DNA of 59,106 nucleotides from Candidatus Hydrogenedentales bacterium (GTDB lineage Bacteria; Hydrogenedentota; Hydrogenedentia; Hydrogenedentales; SLHB01): NCBI GenBank assembly GCA_041859045.1, contig JBHELB010000051.1, positions 1 to 59,106 of the forward strand, read 5' to 3'. Shown piece by piece: positions 8,044 to 15,870 of this stretch (position 1 is its first letter; each line of letters starts with the position of its first letter). The notes under the pieces were generated by a model. It saw only the letters and a program-made list of their open reading frames with translations, ran no database searches and was not told where the DNA came from. The position numbers and the translations under genes were made by a program.

Positions 8044-8145
8044 AGCATTTTAAAAATGGCGTGGCCGTTTTCCGAGGTCTATCCCGCGCCATTTCTTGAA
8101 ATGCGTAGCGCCAAGTGGCTACGGCTTTGCTTAACCTGCGCTAGG
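8044..8145 (+). repeat. Structured intergenic repeat, copy A (paired arms 8045-8061 and 8087-8104, then conserved 'tagcgccaagYggctacgg...ctagg' tail)
   Basis: Homologous to 31419-31525. The arms 'gcattttaaaaatggcg' and 'cgccatttcttgaaatgc' are inverted repeats. It sits ~85 nt upstream of the GTG start at 8229. Confidence 0.5.
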
Positions 8146-8228
8146 CGTGGGGACGCCAAACGCGACGGCGATATTTGCCGTGGGGAGTTCATCGACAGGG
8201 GCCTTAAGAGTCTATCGGAGGGGAGAAC

Positions 8229-9326
8229 GTGTCTCTACGCAAGAGTGTAGTCGCCGCCCTGCTGGTGGTTTTTGTGGGAATGTTTGTCGCGATATACCTT
8301 CGCATGACGCCCGAGGAAACGCCCATCGCTTTTCTCCCGTCGCTGGCTTCACCGGCCGAGCGCAGCGCGTCGAGTCCCGGCGAGACAACCCAGCCGCAAG
8401 GCAATCAGAGCGCCTCTTCCGCTTCCAGCGAGTCGCACTACCTGATTGATGCCCTTCTTGGAGGGCGGATCGAGGAGGCGTCTCTCGGCGTTCAGCGCTT
8501 GCTGGAAGCGCCCCCGCCCAAAGACATCCGGCCCTTGATTGAGCCGACGGACGGCCCCCGGGAGCAGCACCCGGTTCATGGCAACACTCCTGGCCTTTCG
8601 CTCGTTTACCGCAGCTACATGGTCACCCCCACGGACGGCGCCGACATGAGATTTCTCGAGTGGATCGACCTCGGCGAGACGGAGAGTGTTGTGCAATCCG
8701 TTAACGACGACGGCTCGGCGGTACTTCGCTGTGTGACGCAAAAGCCTCTCACCGCAAGCATGAGTTTTCTCAATTACGACAAAGAAAAGACGGTCCAGTT
8801 TTCAACGTCCGAGACCCAGGTCACGAAGGGGAAAAACGGCGAAATACGGCAACGAAGCGATGTGCGGGTCGCCACGAGTCACGGGGACGTGGGCGTCTCG
8901 GTATCCGGCGCAAGCAACGGCTCGTTGATCTTCCCCGGGGGAAGCGTCACCACCGGATCGACATGGACCACGGGGGACGAGTCGGCTCCGCAGGGAACCT
9001 TTAGCACCTACACTTTTAGTGGATACGCCATGGTCGACGGGGTCCGCTGCATGACGATTGTCGAGCGCTCCAAGACCAGGGCCTCCGTGGATCTCCAGGC
9101 CAACACCGGCTCGAAACTGAATGTGCAGGTCAATATCGACACGGAAGGGGTTCACTATTTCGATCCAGAACGGCAGGTTCAGGTTTACAAGGATGTGATC
9201 GTGAAGCGCACGGGGATAGCTTCGGACAACGCCTCTCTGACTGAAAAGATCGAGTCGCTTTCCCCTCAGCAAATCTACCGAACGCAGTCTTACTTGAAGT
9301 CATATTCTGTCCGCGCCGATGGGTAG
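8229..9326 (+). CDS. Membrane-anchored secreted protein of unknown function (GTG start; N-terminal TM helix)
   Basis: 365-aa ORF starting with an 'MSLRKSVVAALLVVFVGMFVAIYL' signal anchor. The RBS GGAGGGGAG precedes the GTG. There is a Ser/Thr/Gly-rich region and no recognisable enzymatic motif. Confidence 0.6.
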   Translation: MSLRKSVVAALLVVFVGMFVAIYLRMTPEETPIAFLPSLASPAERSASSPGETTQPQGNQSASSASSESHYLIDALLGGRIEEASLGVQRLLEAPPPKDIRPLIEPTDGPREQHPVHGNTPGLSLVYRSYMVTPTDGADMRFLEWIDLGETESVVQSVNDDGSAVLRCVTQKPLTASMSFLNYDKEKTVQFSTSETQVTKGKNGEIRQRSDVRVATSHGDVGVSVSGASNGSLIFPGGSVTTGSTWTTGDESAPQGTFSTYTFSGYAMVDGVRCMTIVERSKTRASVDLQANTGSKLNVQVNIDTEGVHYFDPERQVQVYKDVIVKRTGIASDNASLTEKIESLSPQQIYRTQSYLKSYSVRADG

Positions 9327-9502
9327 TGGCTTTCGGCATCGCCGCGACGTGCAGCGAATCAGGGTACACCGGGAACGAAGCGGTTCCGGAAGGGAGCGTG
9401 CGAATACAACGCACAGCGCATTCGCGATTCTTGCTCGCCAAATGGCGTCGCCGTTCGGAAGCAACGATTCTCCATCGAACAAAGGGAAGGAGGTGAAAAG
9501 AA

Positions 9503-9724
9503 ATGAGCAACAAAATGGCCTTCGAAGTGCCCTTCTTGGTTGGGAGCGTTCCTCTTTCCGAGGAAGGCAGCCCGTGTGCGTCGGGATTCTCATGCGCATG
9601 CGGGTACTCTGGCTGCGCGGATAACTTCGATCCGGACTGCGGTGCCGGGTTGGCGATCTCCGCAATTGGCGCGATCGCCGGCATCGTTATCGCGATCGTG
9701 CCGACGAACGCGGCGCCAGGCTAA
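9503..9724 (+). CDS. RiPP precursor peptide (73 aa): leader, Cys-rich core 'CASGFSCACGYSGCADNFDPDCGAG', then a hydrophobic Gly/Ala/Ile-rich tail
   Basis: Small ORF with RBS GGAGGTG 8 nt upstream. It has five Cys in 22 residues. It is followed on the same strand by a PqqD-like RRE and two radical SAM enzymes. Confidence 0.7.
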   Translation: MSNKMAFEVPFLVGSVPLSEEGSPCASGFSCACGYSGCADNFDPDCGAGLAISAIGAIAGIVIAIVPTNAAPG

Positions 9725-9736
9725 TCTCGGGACCTT

Positions 9737-9881
9737 CTAGTGTGCTTGGCCCTCTTTCTCTTCGAATGGATGTTGCGGCGCGCGCAAGGGCGCTGTAAAG
9801 GCGGTTCGAATCGCGCGACAGCGTTGAAGGGCCGTTTCCCGAGAGGGCGCTTAAGGCAGGGAGCTAGGGCCAAGCACCTAG
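9737..9881 (+). promoter_or_regulatory. Long-range inverted repeat between precursor and modification genes (arms 9737-9753 'ctagtgtgcttggccct' and 9866-9881 'agggccaagcacctag'); possible attenuator or processing structure
   Basis: The arms are near-perfect reverse complements (one indel) enclosing a GC-rich segment with local hairpins. It lies between the precursor stop (9724) and the RRE gene start (9910). Confidence 0.35.
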
Positions 9882-9909
9882 TTCACAGGATGGAAGGGAA
9901 GATTCTCTT

Positions 9910-10260
9910 ATGAAACACGATGTGGCGGAAACAGAACGAATGCTGGACTTGACGCCAAGAATCCGAGCGGAAATTTGGTGCACCAACCCCGATGGAACGG
10001 TGCGCTTCTCGGATTTTTCGGGCCAATGCATCTTACTCAATAAACAAGGAGCCAGAATCTGGCGGTTGCTCGATCAGCGCCTCAGCATCAGGCAAATCAT
10101 TGCCCGGGCCGAGCTGGACGATCCTTCCGGTCCTGCTTCATCCGCCCACGAGATCATGGGTTTTCTTCAGTACCTTCAAGAAGGCGGATGGGTATCGCTA
10201 GGTCTAGATGGAACCTGGAAAAATTCATTTTTCCAAGACGAAGACAACGGACAAACATGA
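9910..10260 (+). CDS. PqqD-like RiPP recognition element (stand-alone RRE)
   Basis: 116 aa. 'CILLNKQGARIWRLLDQRLSIRQIIARAELDD...EIMGFLQYLQEGGWVSL' has the PqqD-family pattern. Its stop overlaps the next gene start (ATGA at 10257-10260). Confidence 0.75.
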   Translation: MKHDVAETERMLDLTPRIRAEIWCTNPDGTVRFSDFSGQCILLNKQGARIWRLLDQRLSIRQIIARAELDDPSGPASSAHEIMGFLQYLQEGGWVSLGLDGTWKNSFFQDEDNGQT

Positions 10261-11561
10261 ACATACTACTGATCAACACCAGCAACATGCAGTATCGCGG
10301 CATCTTCCGCGAAAGAAACTCGTTGCCCCCTCTGGGGCTGTTGTATCTGGCGGCTATCGCCAAGGAACGGCTGGGGTGCGAATGCAAGGTCATCGACTTC
10401 GTCGTTCAAGATATTGGACGTCAGGAGCTAAGAGATCTGCTTCGTGAATATCGGCCGGGCGTGGTCGGCTTCTGCACCTATGCCGACAGTTGCGATCAAT
10501 TGGTCGAAGTCGCCGAGTTTGTGAAGGCCGAGCTTCCGGAAACCACGACGGTCATCGGCGGCGTATTCGCGACGTTCTGTCACGAAGATCTCTTGCGGCG
10601 GCACGCCTGCCTCGACTTAGCCGTTTTGGGCGAGGGCGAAATCACGTTCGTCGAGCTGCTCGAGGCGCTGAACGCGGGAGGCGGTCCGGACGCCATCTCC
10701 AAGGTCGCTGGACTCGCCATGCGCTCCGGTGCGCAGATCGTCTGCACAAGCCCGCGCGCGCGTATTCGCGATCTCGACTCGCTGCCGTTCCCGGATCGCA
10801 GCCTCATCCAGCCCCTCATCGACGACATGCAGTACTCGTTGCCCTTTACCATCTCCACATCGCGAGGTTGTCCGGGCGACTGCATCTTCTGTTCGTCACG
10901 CGCCTTTTGGGGAAGCGCCGTCCGGAGACGGAGCGCCGCGAACATATTCGCGGAAGTGCTTCACCTCCACAAGACCCAGGACATGTATTCGTTCCATATC
11001 TGCGACGACACCTTCACCTCGCGCCCCTCCACGGTGGAGGAGTTCTGCAAGTTGTTGACCGAAGCGGAAATCCCCGTGAAATGGTCATGCGAGTCCCGCG
11101 CGGACATCGTCACTCGCGAACTCCTCGAAACGCTTTTCAATTCCGGGTGCAAGTCGATTCAGTTCGGGATTGAAAGCGGATACGACCACATCCTCAGCGC
11201 GATCGGAAAAAAGGTGCGGACCGAACAGATAGAGACCGCCGTCAAAATGGCCAGCGAGATCGGTTTCAAGGTGATAGGCTCGTTCATTCTTGGCCATTAC
11301 CTCGACACCCGCGAAACCATGTTGGGGACGATCGACTTCTGCCGGAAACTGAAGGATCGCTACGGCCTCAGCCCCGCGTACGCGCTAAACACGCCATTTC
11401 CCGGGACCTATCAGAGGGAACACGCGAGCGACCTGGGGATGACCGTACACACTCAGGAGTATAGCGATCTTATTTTGTGTAAGCCGCACATTTCGACCCC
11501 CCACTTCAGCCAGCAAGATCTTCAGGAAATGTTTTTCATCGCCGCCGACACGCTCAGTTGA
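10257..11561 (+). CDS. B12-binding-domain radical SAM enzyme (class B rSAM, likely methyltransferase-type)
   Basis: The N-terminal Rossmann-like 'NILLINTSN...LGLLYLAAIAKERLGCECKVIDF' precedes the radical SAM CxxxCxxC in 'SRGCPGDCIFCSS'. The start was chosen at ATG 10257, which is translationally coupled to the RRE gene. Confidence 0.85.
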   Translation: MNILLINTSNMQYRGIFRERNSLPPLGLLYLAAIAKERLGCECKVIDFVVQDIGRQELRDLLREYRPGVVGFCTYADSCDQLVEVAEFVKAELPETTTVIGGVFATFCHEDLLRRHACLDLAVLGEGEITFVELLEALNAGGGPDAISKVAGLAMRSGAQIVCTSPRARIRDLDSLPFPDRSLIQPLIDDMQYSLPFTISTSRGCPGDCIFCSSRAFWGSAVRRRSAANIFAEVLHLHKTQDMYSFHICDDTFTSRPSTVEEFCKLLTEAEIPVKWSCESRADIVTRELLETLFNSGCKSIQFGIESGYDHILSAIGKKVRTEQIETAVKMASEIGFKVIGSFILGHYLDTRETMLGTIDFCRKLKDRYGLSPAYALNTPFPGTYQREHASDLGMTVHTQEYSDLILCKPHISTPHFSQQDLQEMFFIAADTLS

Positions 11562-11573
11562 TGAGGAGGAAAA

Positions 11574-13103
11574 ATGCACGAGCACATGAAAATCGATAAC
11601 TCGGTGATTCCCGGCGTCGAAAGCATCATCGGGAAAAAACTCCTGGCCCCTGCGCGGTTATCCCAGAAGCAGCGCGGCACCGCATGGCTTTTGATCCAAA
11701 TCGATAGCGGGCATTGGATCCGGACGAACTCGACCGGCAAACGGCTTGTCGAACTCTGCGACGGCGTGCAAACAGTCGGCGAAGTCACCCAGACGCTCGC
11801 GACGGAGTACGGCATGCCGGCCCAACAGATACTTCAGGCGCTGCTACCGTTTATCCAAGGCGCGTTGGAGATCGGGTTTCTCCGGGACGTTGACACTCCC
11901 GCAAGGGCTGCGAGCGAAAATGTCTCGGACGCCCAGGAAACGCTGGAGCTTTGGCTGCATGTAACCAATCGCTGCAATATGGCCTGTCGCTTCTGTGTGC
12001 AAGGCGGACCGCGCGACGACGATCCTGGCGAGTTGCTAACTCTGCGGGACTACGAGACGCTTTTTGCTCAATTGAAGGACGTAAAGAATCTGCGAGTTAA
12101 ATTCTCGGGCGGCGAGCCGTTGCTTCGTCCGGATTTTCCAGAGATCGTACGTCGTTGCCGCGAGATCACCGGTCCCGCTACGCGCATTGTAATTGTGACC
12201 AATGGAACGGGCGCATCGATTGAGATCTACTTGCGTTTGGCGAAAATTGTGGACCTGGTGCAGATTTCGCTTGATGGCGCTAGCCCGGAAGTTCACGACG
12301 CCATCCGCGGCGCTGGGAGCTTCAAGAAAATCATGGCGCTGCTGGATGAAACGAGCCAGGCTGGCTTGAAAAACATCTGGCTGTCCTTTACCCCAACCCT
12401 GTCCAATTACAAAGATATGCCGCGCATGGTGAACCTGTGCCTGCGCAAGCGGGTCTCGGGTCTGCACATCAACAAACTGATGCCCGGCGGACGCGCCAAG
12501 GAAGGCTATGAGGACATACTGGTCCCCAAGGAAGAGTTCGAGCGCATCGTCGCGAAGCTCTATGCGGAGTATCAGTCGCAACTGGGCTGGTCTCGAACCC
12601 ACGTTTCCAAGCAACAGCAGCCCCCGCCGTTGGCGCTGGACCCCGCCTTCGAAAGCGCTTCCTCGGTTTCGCATCCGAACCGCGCGAGCGCGTGTGGATG
12701 GGGCCGCTTCATCGTAAGCATCGACGCCGGGGGCAATGTCTTCCCCTGTCCCTCGCTCAATATCCCCGAGTTTCGCAGGGGCAATATTCGGGAAGACGGT
12801 TTTTGGGCAGTGTACACGCGCCTTAAGCAAGACGTCGCGCCCATCGCGGTTGACGTGATTCCGGAGTGCGCGGAATGCGACATCCGCTATGTGTGCAGCG
12901 GAGGATGTCGTGCGCGCGCCTACCATCTTACCGGCGACGTCAAGCAAAAAGACCCTCAATGCAATTACGAGAGATACATCGACCGAATGTTCGAAGTAGC
13001 TCCCTATATCGTCACCAGCAACTCCTTCTTTCACCAGAAAGCGATCGAGCAGCATGCGGCGCGAGCCGGAAAGGACGCGCCCTCGCATGGGACATCTTCT
13101 TGA
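11574..13103 (+). CDS. Radical SAM/SPASM-domain peptide-modifying enzyme with an N-terminal fused PqqD-like RRE
   Basis: 509 aa with RBS GAGGAGG. The N-terminal 'WLLIQIDSGHWIRTNSTGKRLVELCDGVQTVGEVTQTLATEYGM' is RRE-like. The rSAM motif is 'NRCNMACRFCV'. The C-terminal Cys cluster 'PECAECDIRYVCSGGCRARAY' is a SPASM/twitch domain. Confidence 0.9.
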   Translation: MHEHMKIDNSVIPGVESIIGKKLLAPARLSQKQRGTAWLLIQIDSGHWIRTNSTGKRLVELCDGVQTVGEVTQTLATEYGMPAQQILQALLPFIQGALEIGFLRDVDTPARAASENVSDAQETLELWLHVTNRCNMACRFCVQGGPRDDDPGELLTLRDYETLFAQLKDVKNLRVKFSGGEPLLRPDFPEIVRRCREITGPATRIVIVTNGTGASIEIYLRLAKIVDLVQISLDGASPEVHDAIRGAGSFKKIMALLDETSQAGLKNIWLSFTPTLSNYKDMPRMVNLCLRKRVSGLHINKLMPGGRAKEGYEDILVPKEEFERIVAKLYAEYQSQLGWSRTHVSKQQQPPPLALDPAFESASSVSHPNRASACGWGRFIVSIDAGGNVFPCPSLNIPEFRRGNIREDGFWAVYTRLKQDVAPIAVDVIPECAECDIRYVCSGGCRARAYHLTGDVKQKDPQCNYERYIDRMFEVAPYIVTSNSFFHQKAIEQHAARAGKDAPSHGTSS

Positions 13104-13821
13104 ACTCAAAGGCGTCTCCAAGCACTACGCGCGAAACGGAGCGGTAGGACGTTTCTCCGTGACGGATGTGTACTTAGCGTTGCAGGCGGGCGATTTTGCC
13201 GTTATTTCCGGCGCTTCCGGCGCGGGAAAAAGCACGCTGCTGCTGCTTATGGGATGCTTGATTGCGCCGGATAAGGGAGAAGTCCTGTTCGACCAGCGCC
13301 GCATTTCGTCCGAAGACGCCGAGACCATTCTTCGAAGAGACGTGGGCTACCTCTTCCAAGACCGCAATCTCCTGGAGCACCTGACTGCGGAGGAGAACGT
13401 GGCGCTATCCCTGCGCTTCAAGCAGCCCATCGGCAGATATGCTGCGCGAAAAGAGGCGAGAGATCTTCTCTCGTCTCTTGGTCTTGAAAAGAAAGTCGCC
13501 CATAGGCCCGGACAGTTGTCCGGAGGAGAGCGCCAGAGAGTCGCCATCGCGCGCGCGCTGATCAAGAGTCCGAGGATTCTGCTGTTGGACGAGCCGACCA
13601 CGAATCTTGACACGGAGAATGCGTCTATCATTGTGGACACCGTCCAACAGTATTCGCGCCAGCACAAACCCGTCGTCGCCGTCGTTTCACACGCGCCCGA
13701 TGAATGGCCCATGGCCGACCGACGTTTCGTTCTTTCCGAGGGAACCATTGCCGAAGTCCCCGCCGACGTGACCGAAAAGTCGCCGCATGCAGATCTCGCG
13801 CGTGGAGGCATATGCCGATGA
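13087..13821 (+). CDS. ABC transporter ATP-binding protein
   Basis: Walker A 'GASGAGKSTLL', signature 'LSGGERQRVAIARAL' and Walker B 'ILLLDEPT'. The start was set at the internal Met 'MGHLLELKGVSKHY'. Confidence 0.85.
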   Translation: MGHLLELKGVSKHYARNGAVGRFSVTDVYLALQAGDFAVISGASGAGKSTLLLLMGCLIAPDKGEVLFDQRRISSEDAETILRRDVGYLFQDRNLLEHLTAEENVALSLRFKQPIGRYAARKEARDLLSSLGLEKKVAHRPGQLSGGERQRVAIARALIKSPRILLLDEPTTNLDTENASIIVDTVQQYSRQHKPVVAVVSHAPDEWPMADRRFVLSEGTIAEVPADVTEKSPHADLARGGICR

Positions 13822-14978
13822 ACCTGCACCTGGCCTGGATATTCATTCGGCGCCACCAGAGGCGACTCGCAAGAGGCGCGATCCTCCTCGTGATTCCATG
13901 CGCGCTGTTCCTGTGCATCTTCTCCTTCGGTTTGCACGAGTATTTTGGAGGAAAGGAAATTCCAAGCCTCATGCTCGGGGGCGCGCGAACCGATTCCGTC
14001 GCCTTGCCCTATGGCCCCCTCTCGCCTCAACTCTTCGAAGGTCTCGGGCCGCACGAGAGCGCAGCCGTAGTCCCGATCGTGTACCTGAATCTTCAGAACG
14101 TATACTCATACGCAACCCTTTCGCGCATTCGGTTCTCCGTGTTGATCGTTCCCGATGAGTTCATCACGTCTCGGATCTCGCCGCACCTTGCCGACGACCT
14201 TTTTCTGGAGGAAGGGAAATATCGGTGTCTATTAGGGCGTCAAGCCGCGCAGCTCTGGAACCTGACGAAGGACGATGTGATTGCGTTTTCACTGCCTCCC
14301 AATTTTCTTTTCGAGAAAGCCTCGCGCGGCGAGGAAGGCGAAGGCCGCTTTCGCGTTGCGGGCGTCCTGGAGAAAGATAGTCGCTTTCAATTGTTCGATG
14401 GAGCGGTGTTTATCCCCGCCTCCGCGGCAAAACACCTTTCCAACGAGGGCCTCATGTGGAATGCCGCGCTCTGCTACCTGAGCGATGCGGACAGTTATAA
14501 CGCCTGGGCAAGCAAAGCCCCGTTGATGGGGCTGTCCGTGGTCATTCGCCGGCCTCCGCTGGTCGCCTCCGGGGTTAGCTTGATTGGACTTCTCGCGCTG
14601 CTGCTCTCCGCAGCCCTCAACACAGGCGTTATCGTCTCGGCCTTGGTGGCGGAAAGCTCGCGGGACTTCGGGATTCTAAGGTCGATGGGCGCGCGCCAGC
14701 GCGAACTCAAAACCGCCCTCGCCGTATGCGTTGTTCTCCTTCAGGGAGTCAGTTTGCTCGCGGCATGGTGCGCCGCGAATGCGGGATTTGCCGTGCTGAA
14801 TCGCCTGCTCGCTCGGCAGAGCTCGTATCTCTTTCTGAACACGTACTTCAGGCTCGACGAAATGGCGCTCTCCGTGCTGCTGGCATGTGGAGCGATCAGC
14901 TCCATTCTCGCGGTTCTGGTGTGCATGAGGAAAATCCAGCGACTCGCGCCTGAGGACTTGATAAGGCAGCCCCGATGA
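13812..14978 (+). CDS. ABC transporter permease (FtsX-like), partner of the preceding ATPase
   Basis: Multiple TM segments. The ATG at 13812 is preceded by GGAGG and overlaps the ATPase stop. The stop/start overlap with the next gene is at 14975-14978. Confidence 0.7.
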   Translation: MPMNLHLAWIFIRRHQRRLARGAILLVIPCALFLCIFSFGLHEYFGGKEIPSLMLGGARTDSVALPYGPLSPQLFEGLGPHESAAVVPIVYLNLQNVYSYATLSRIRFSVLIVPDEFITSRISPHLADDLFLEEGKYRCLLGRQAAQLWNLTKDDVIAFSLPPNFLFEKASRGEEGEGRFRVAGVLEKDSRFQLFDGAVFIPASAAKHLSNEGLMWNAALCYLSDADSYNAWASKAPLMGLSVVIRRPPLVASGVSLIGLLALLLSAALNTGVIVSALVAESSRDFGILRSMGARQRELKTALAVCVVLLQGVSLLAAWCAANAGFAVLNRLLARQSSYLFLNTYFRLDEMALSVLLACGAISSILAVLVCMRKIQRLAPEDLIRQPR

Positions 14979-15835
14979 CGGCCGAGAAAATGCGTCTGGC
15001 GCTCCTGTGGACGTTTTACGTCATTACGTGCGTGATCTATCTTCCCAATGGCGTATCGTCAGCGGCCGGCGCCATCGCCGCGCTATGGCTCGTGTATCCA
15101 AATTCCGCAAGCGCCCCGTCGTCGTCCGGGCCACCCACCCGGCACTTTACCCTCGTGGTCGTCGGATTGCTCCTGTTCCCCCCCGTCATATTTGCGAGCC
15201 AGGCGATTCTGCCGCTCGCCCTGCAAAACGCGATGCAGGTGCGTACGGCGTACGGCGATTTCTCCATTCTCCCCAGCCCGCTCTACCTTGGTCTATACGT
15301 TGTCCCCGCGCTGGTCCTCCTGAAAAGGCGCGCGCGCGCCGCAGCCTCAGCGGATGGAGTTCCCATTCGATGGGAGCATGCGCGGCTGGTCCTGCTCAGC
15401 CTTCTAGTTATTCTTCCGGCCTGCATTACGCGGACTCAGAGGGCCGAACAATACGCGATGATGTGCGAAGAGATCTCGCGCAGCTACTGTTTCTATCTCT
15501 TCCTAAAATCATTCTGGTATAACGGCCTGTGGGAAGAACTATACTATCGCGGCGCGTTGCTCTCCGTGCTGACGGTTCGCTTTCGCCCACGCACCGCGGT
15601 GTTGATCGGAGCGACGGTATTCACGCTTCATCACGTCGATCTGCTTTACGGCCTGCTCGTCGGCACTAATCCTCATGTCCTGAAGGATCTCTTCGGCGTC
15701 TTTCTTCTCGGCGTAACGTGTGGGTATATCTATGTCCATACGCACAGGCTGGGGCCATGCATCGTCTACCACGGCGTTGTGTCCGGGTTCGGGTACCTCT
15801 TGGCATATCTCCAAAAACCGCCCGCTTTGCTCTGA
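14975..15835 (+). CDS. CPBP-family (CAAX protease / bacteriocin-immunity-type) intramembrane metalloprotease
   Basis: Polytopic membrane protein with 'EELYYRG' and His-containing motifs ('FTLHHVD', 'YHGVVSGF') typical of the CPBP/Abi family. Confidence 0.75.
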   Translation: MTAEKMRLALLWTFYVITCVIYLPNGVSSAAGAIAALWLVYPNSASAPSSSGPPTRHFTLVVVGLLLFPPVIFASQAILPLALQNAMQVRTAYGDFSILPSPLYLGLYVVPALVLLKRRARAAASADGVPIRWEHARLVLLSLLVILPACITRTQRAEQYAMMCEEISRSYCFYLFLKSFWYNGLWEELYYRGALLSVLTVRFRPRTAVLIGATVFTLHHVDLLYGLLVGTNPHVLKDLFGVFLLGVTCGYIYVHTHRLGPCIVYHGVVSGFGYLLAYLQKPPALL

Positions 15836-15870
15836 GCGGATCTCTCCCAAAAACGGCAGGAACAGTTCGC

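Noticed and set aside
9767-9799. Tiny ORF 'MDVAARARAL' between the precursor and RRE genes as a possible second precursor
   Set aside because: It has only 10 codons, no RBS and no Cys/Ser/Thr-rich core. It lies within the stem-loop region, so it is more likely structural RNA sequence.
9786-9816. tRNA-like 'GGTTCGAATC' T-loop motif in the precursor/RRE intergenic region
   Set aside because: The flanking bases ('aaggcgg' / 'gcgcgc') cannot form the 5-bp T-stem. No acceptor or anticodon stem complementarity is found around it. It lies inside the long inverted-repeat structure instead.
15718-15870. GTG start at 15718 for the ABC exporter (as in the ORF track)
   Set aside because: It would overlap the CPBP gene by ~118 nt, and the N-terminal 51 residues are Arg/Pro-rich with no TM helix. 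The ATG at 15871 gives a sensible N-terminus, so the shorter gene was annotated.
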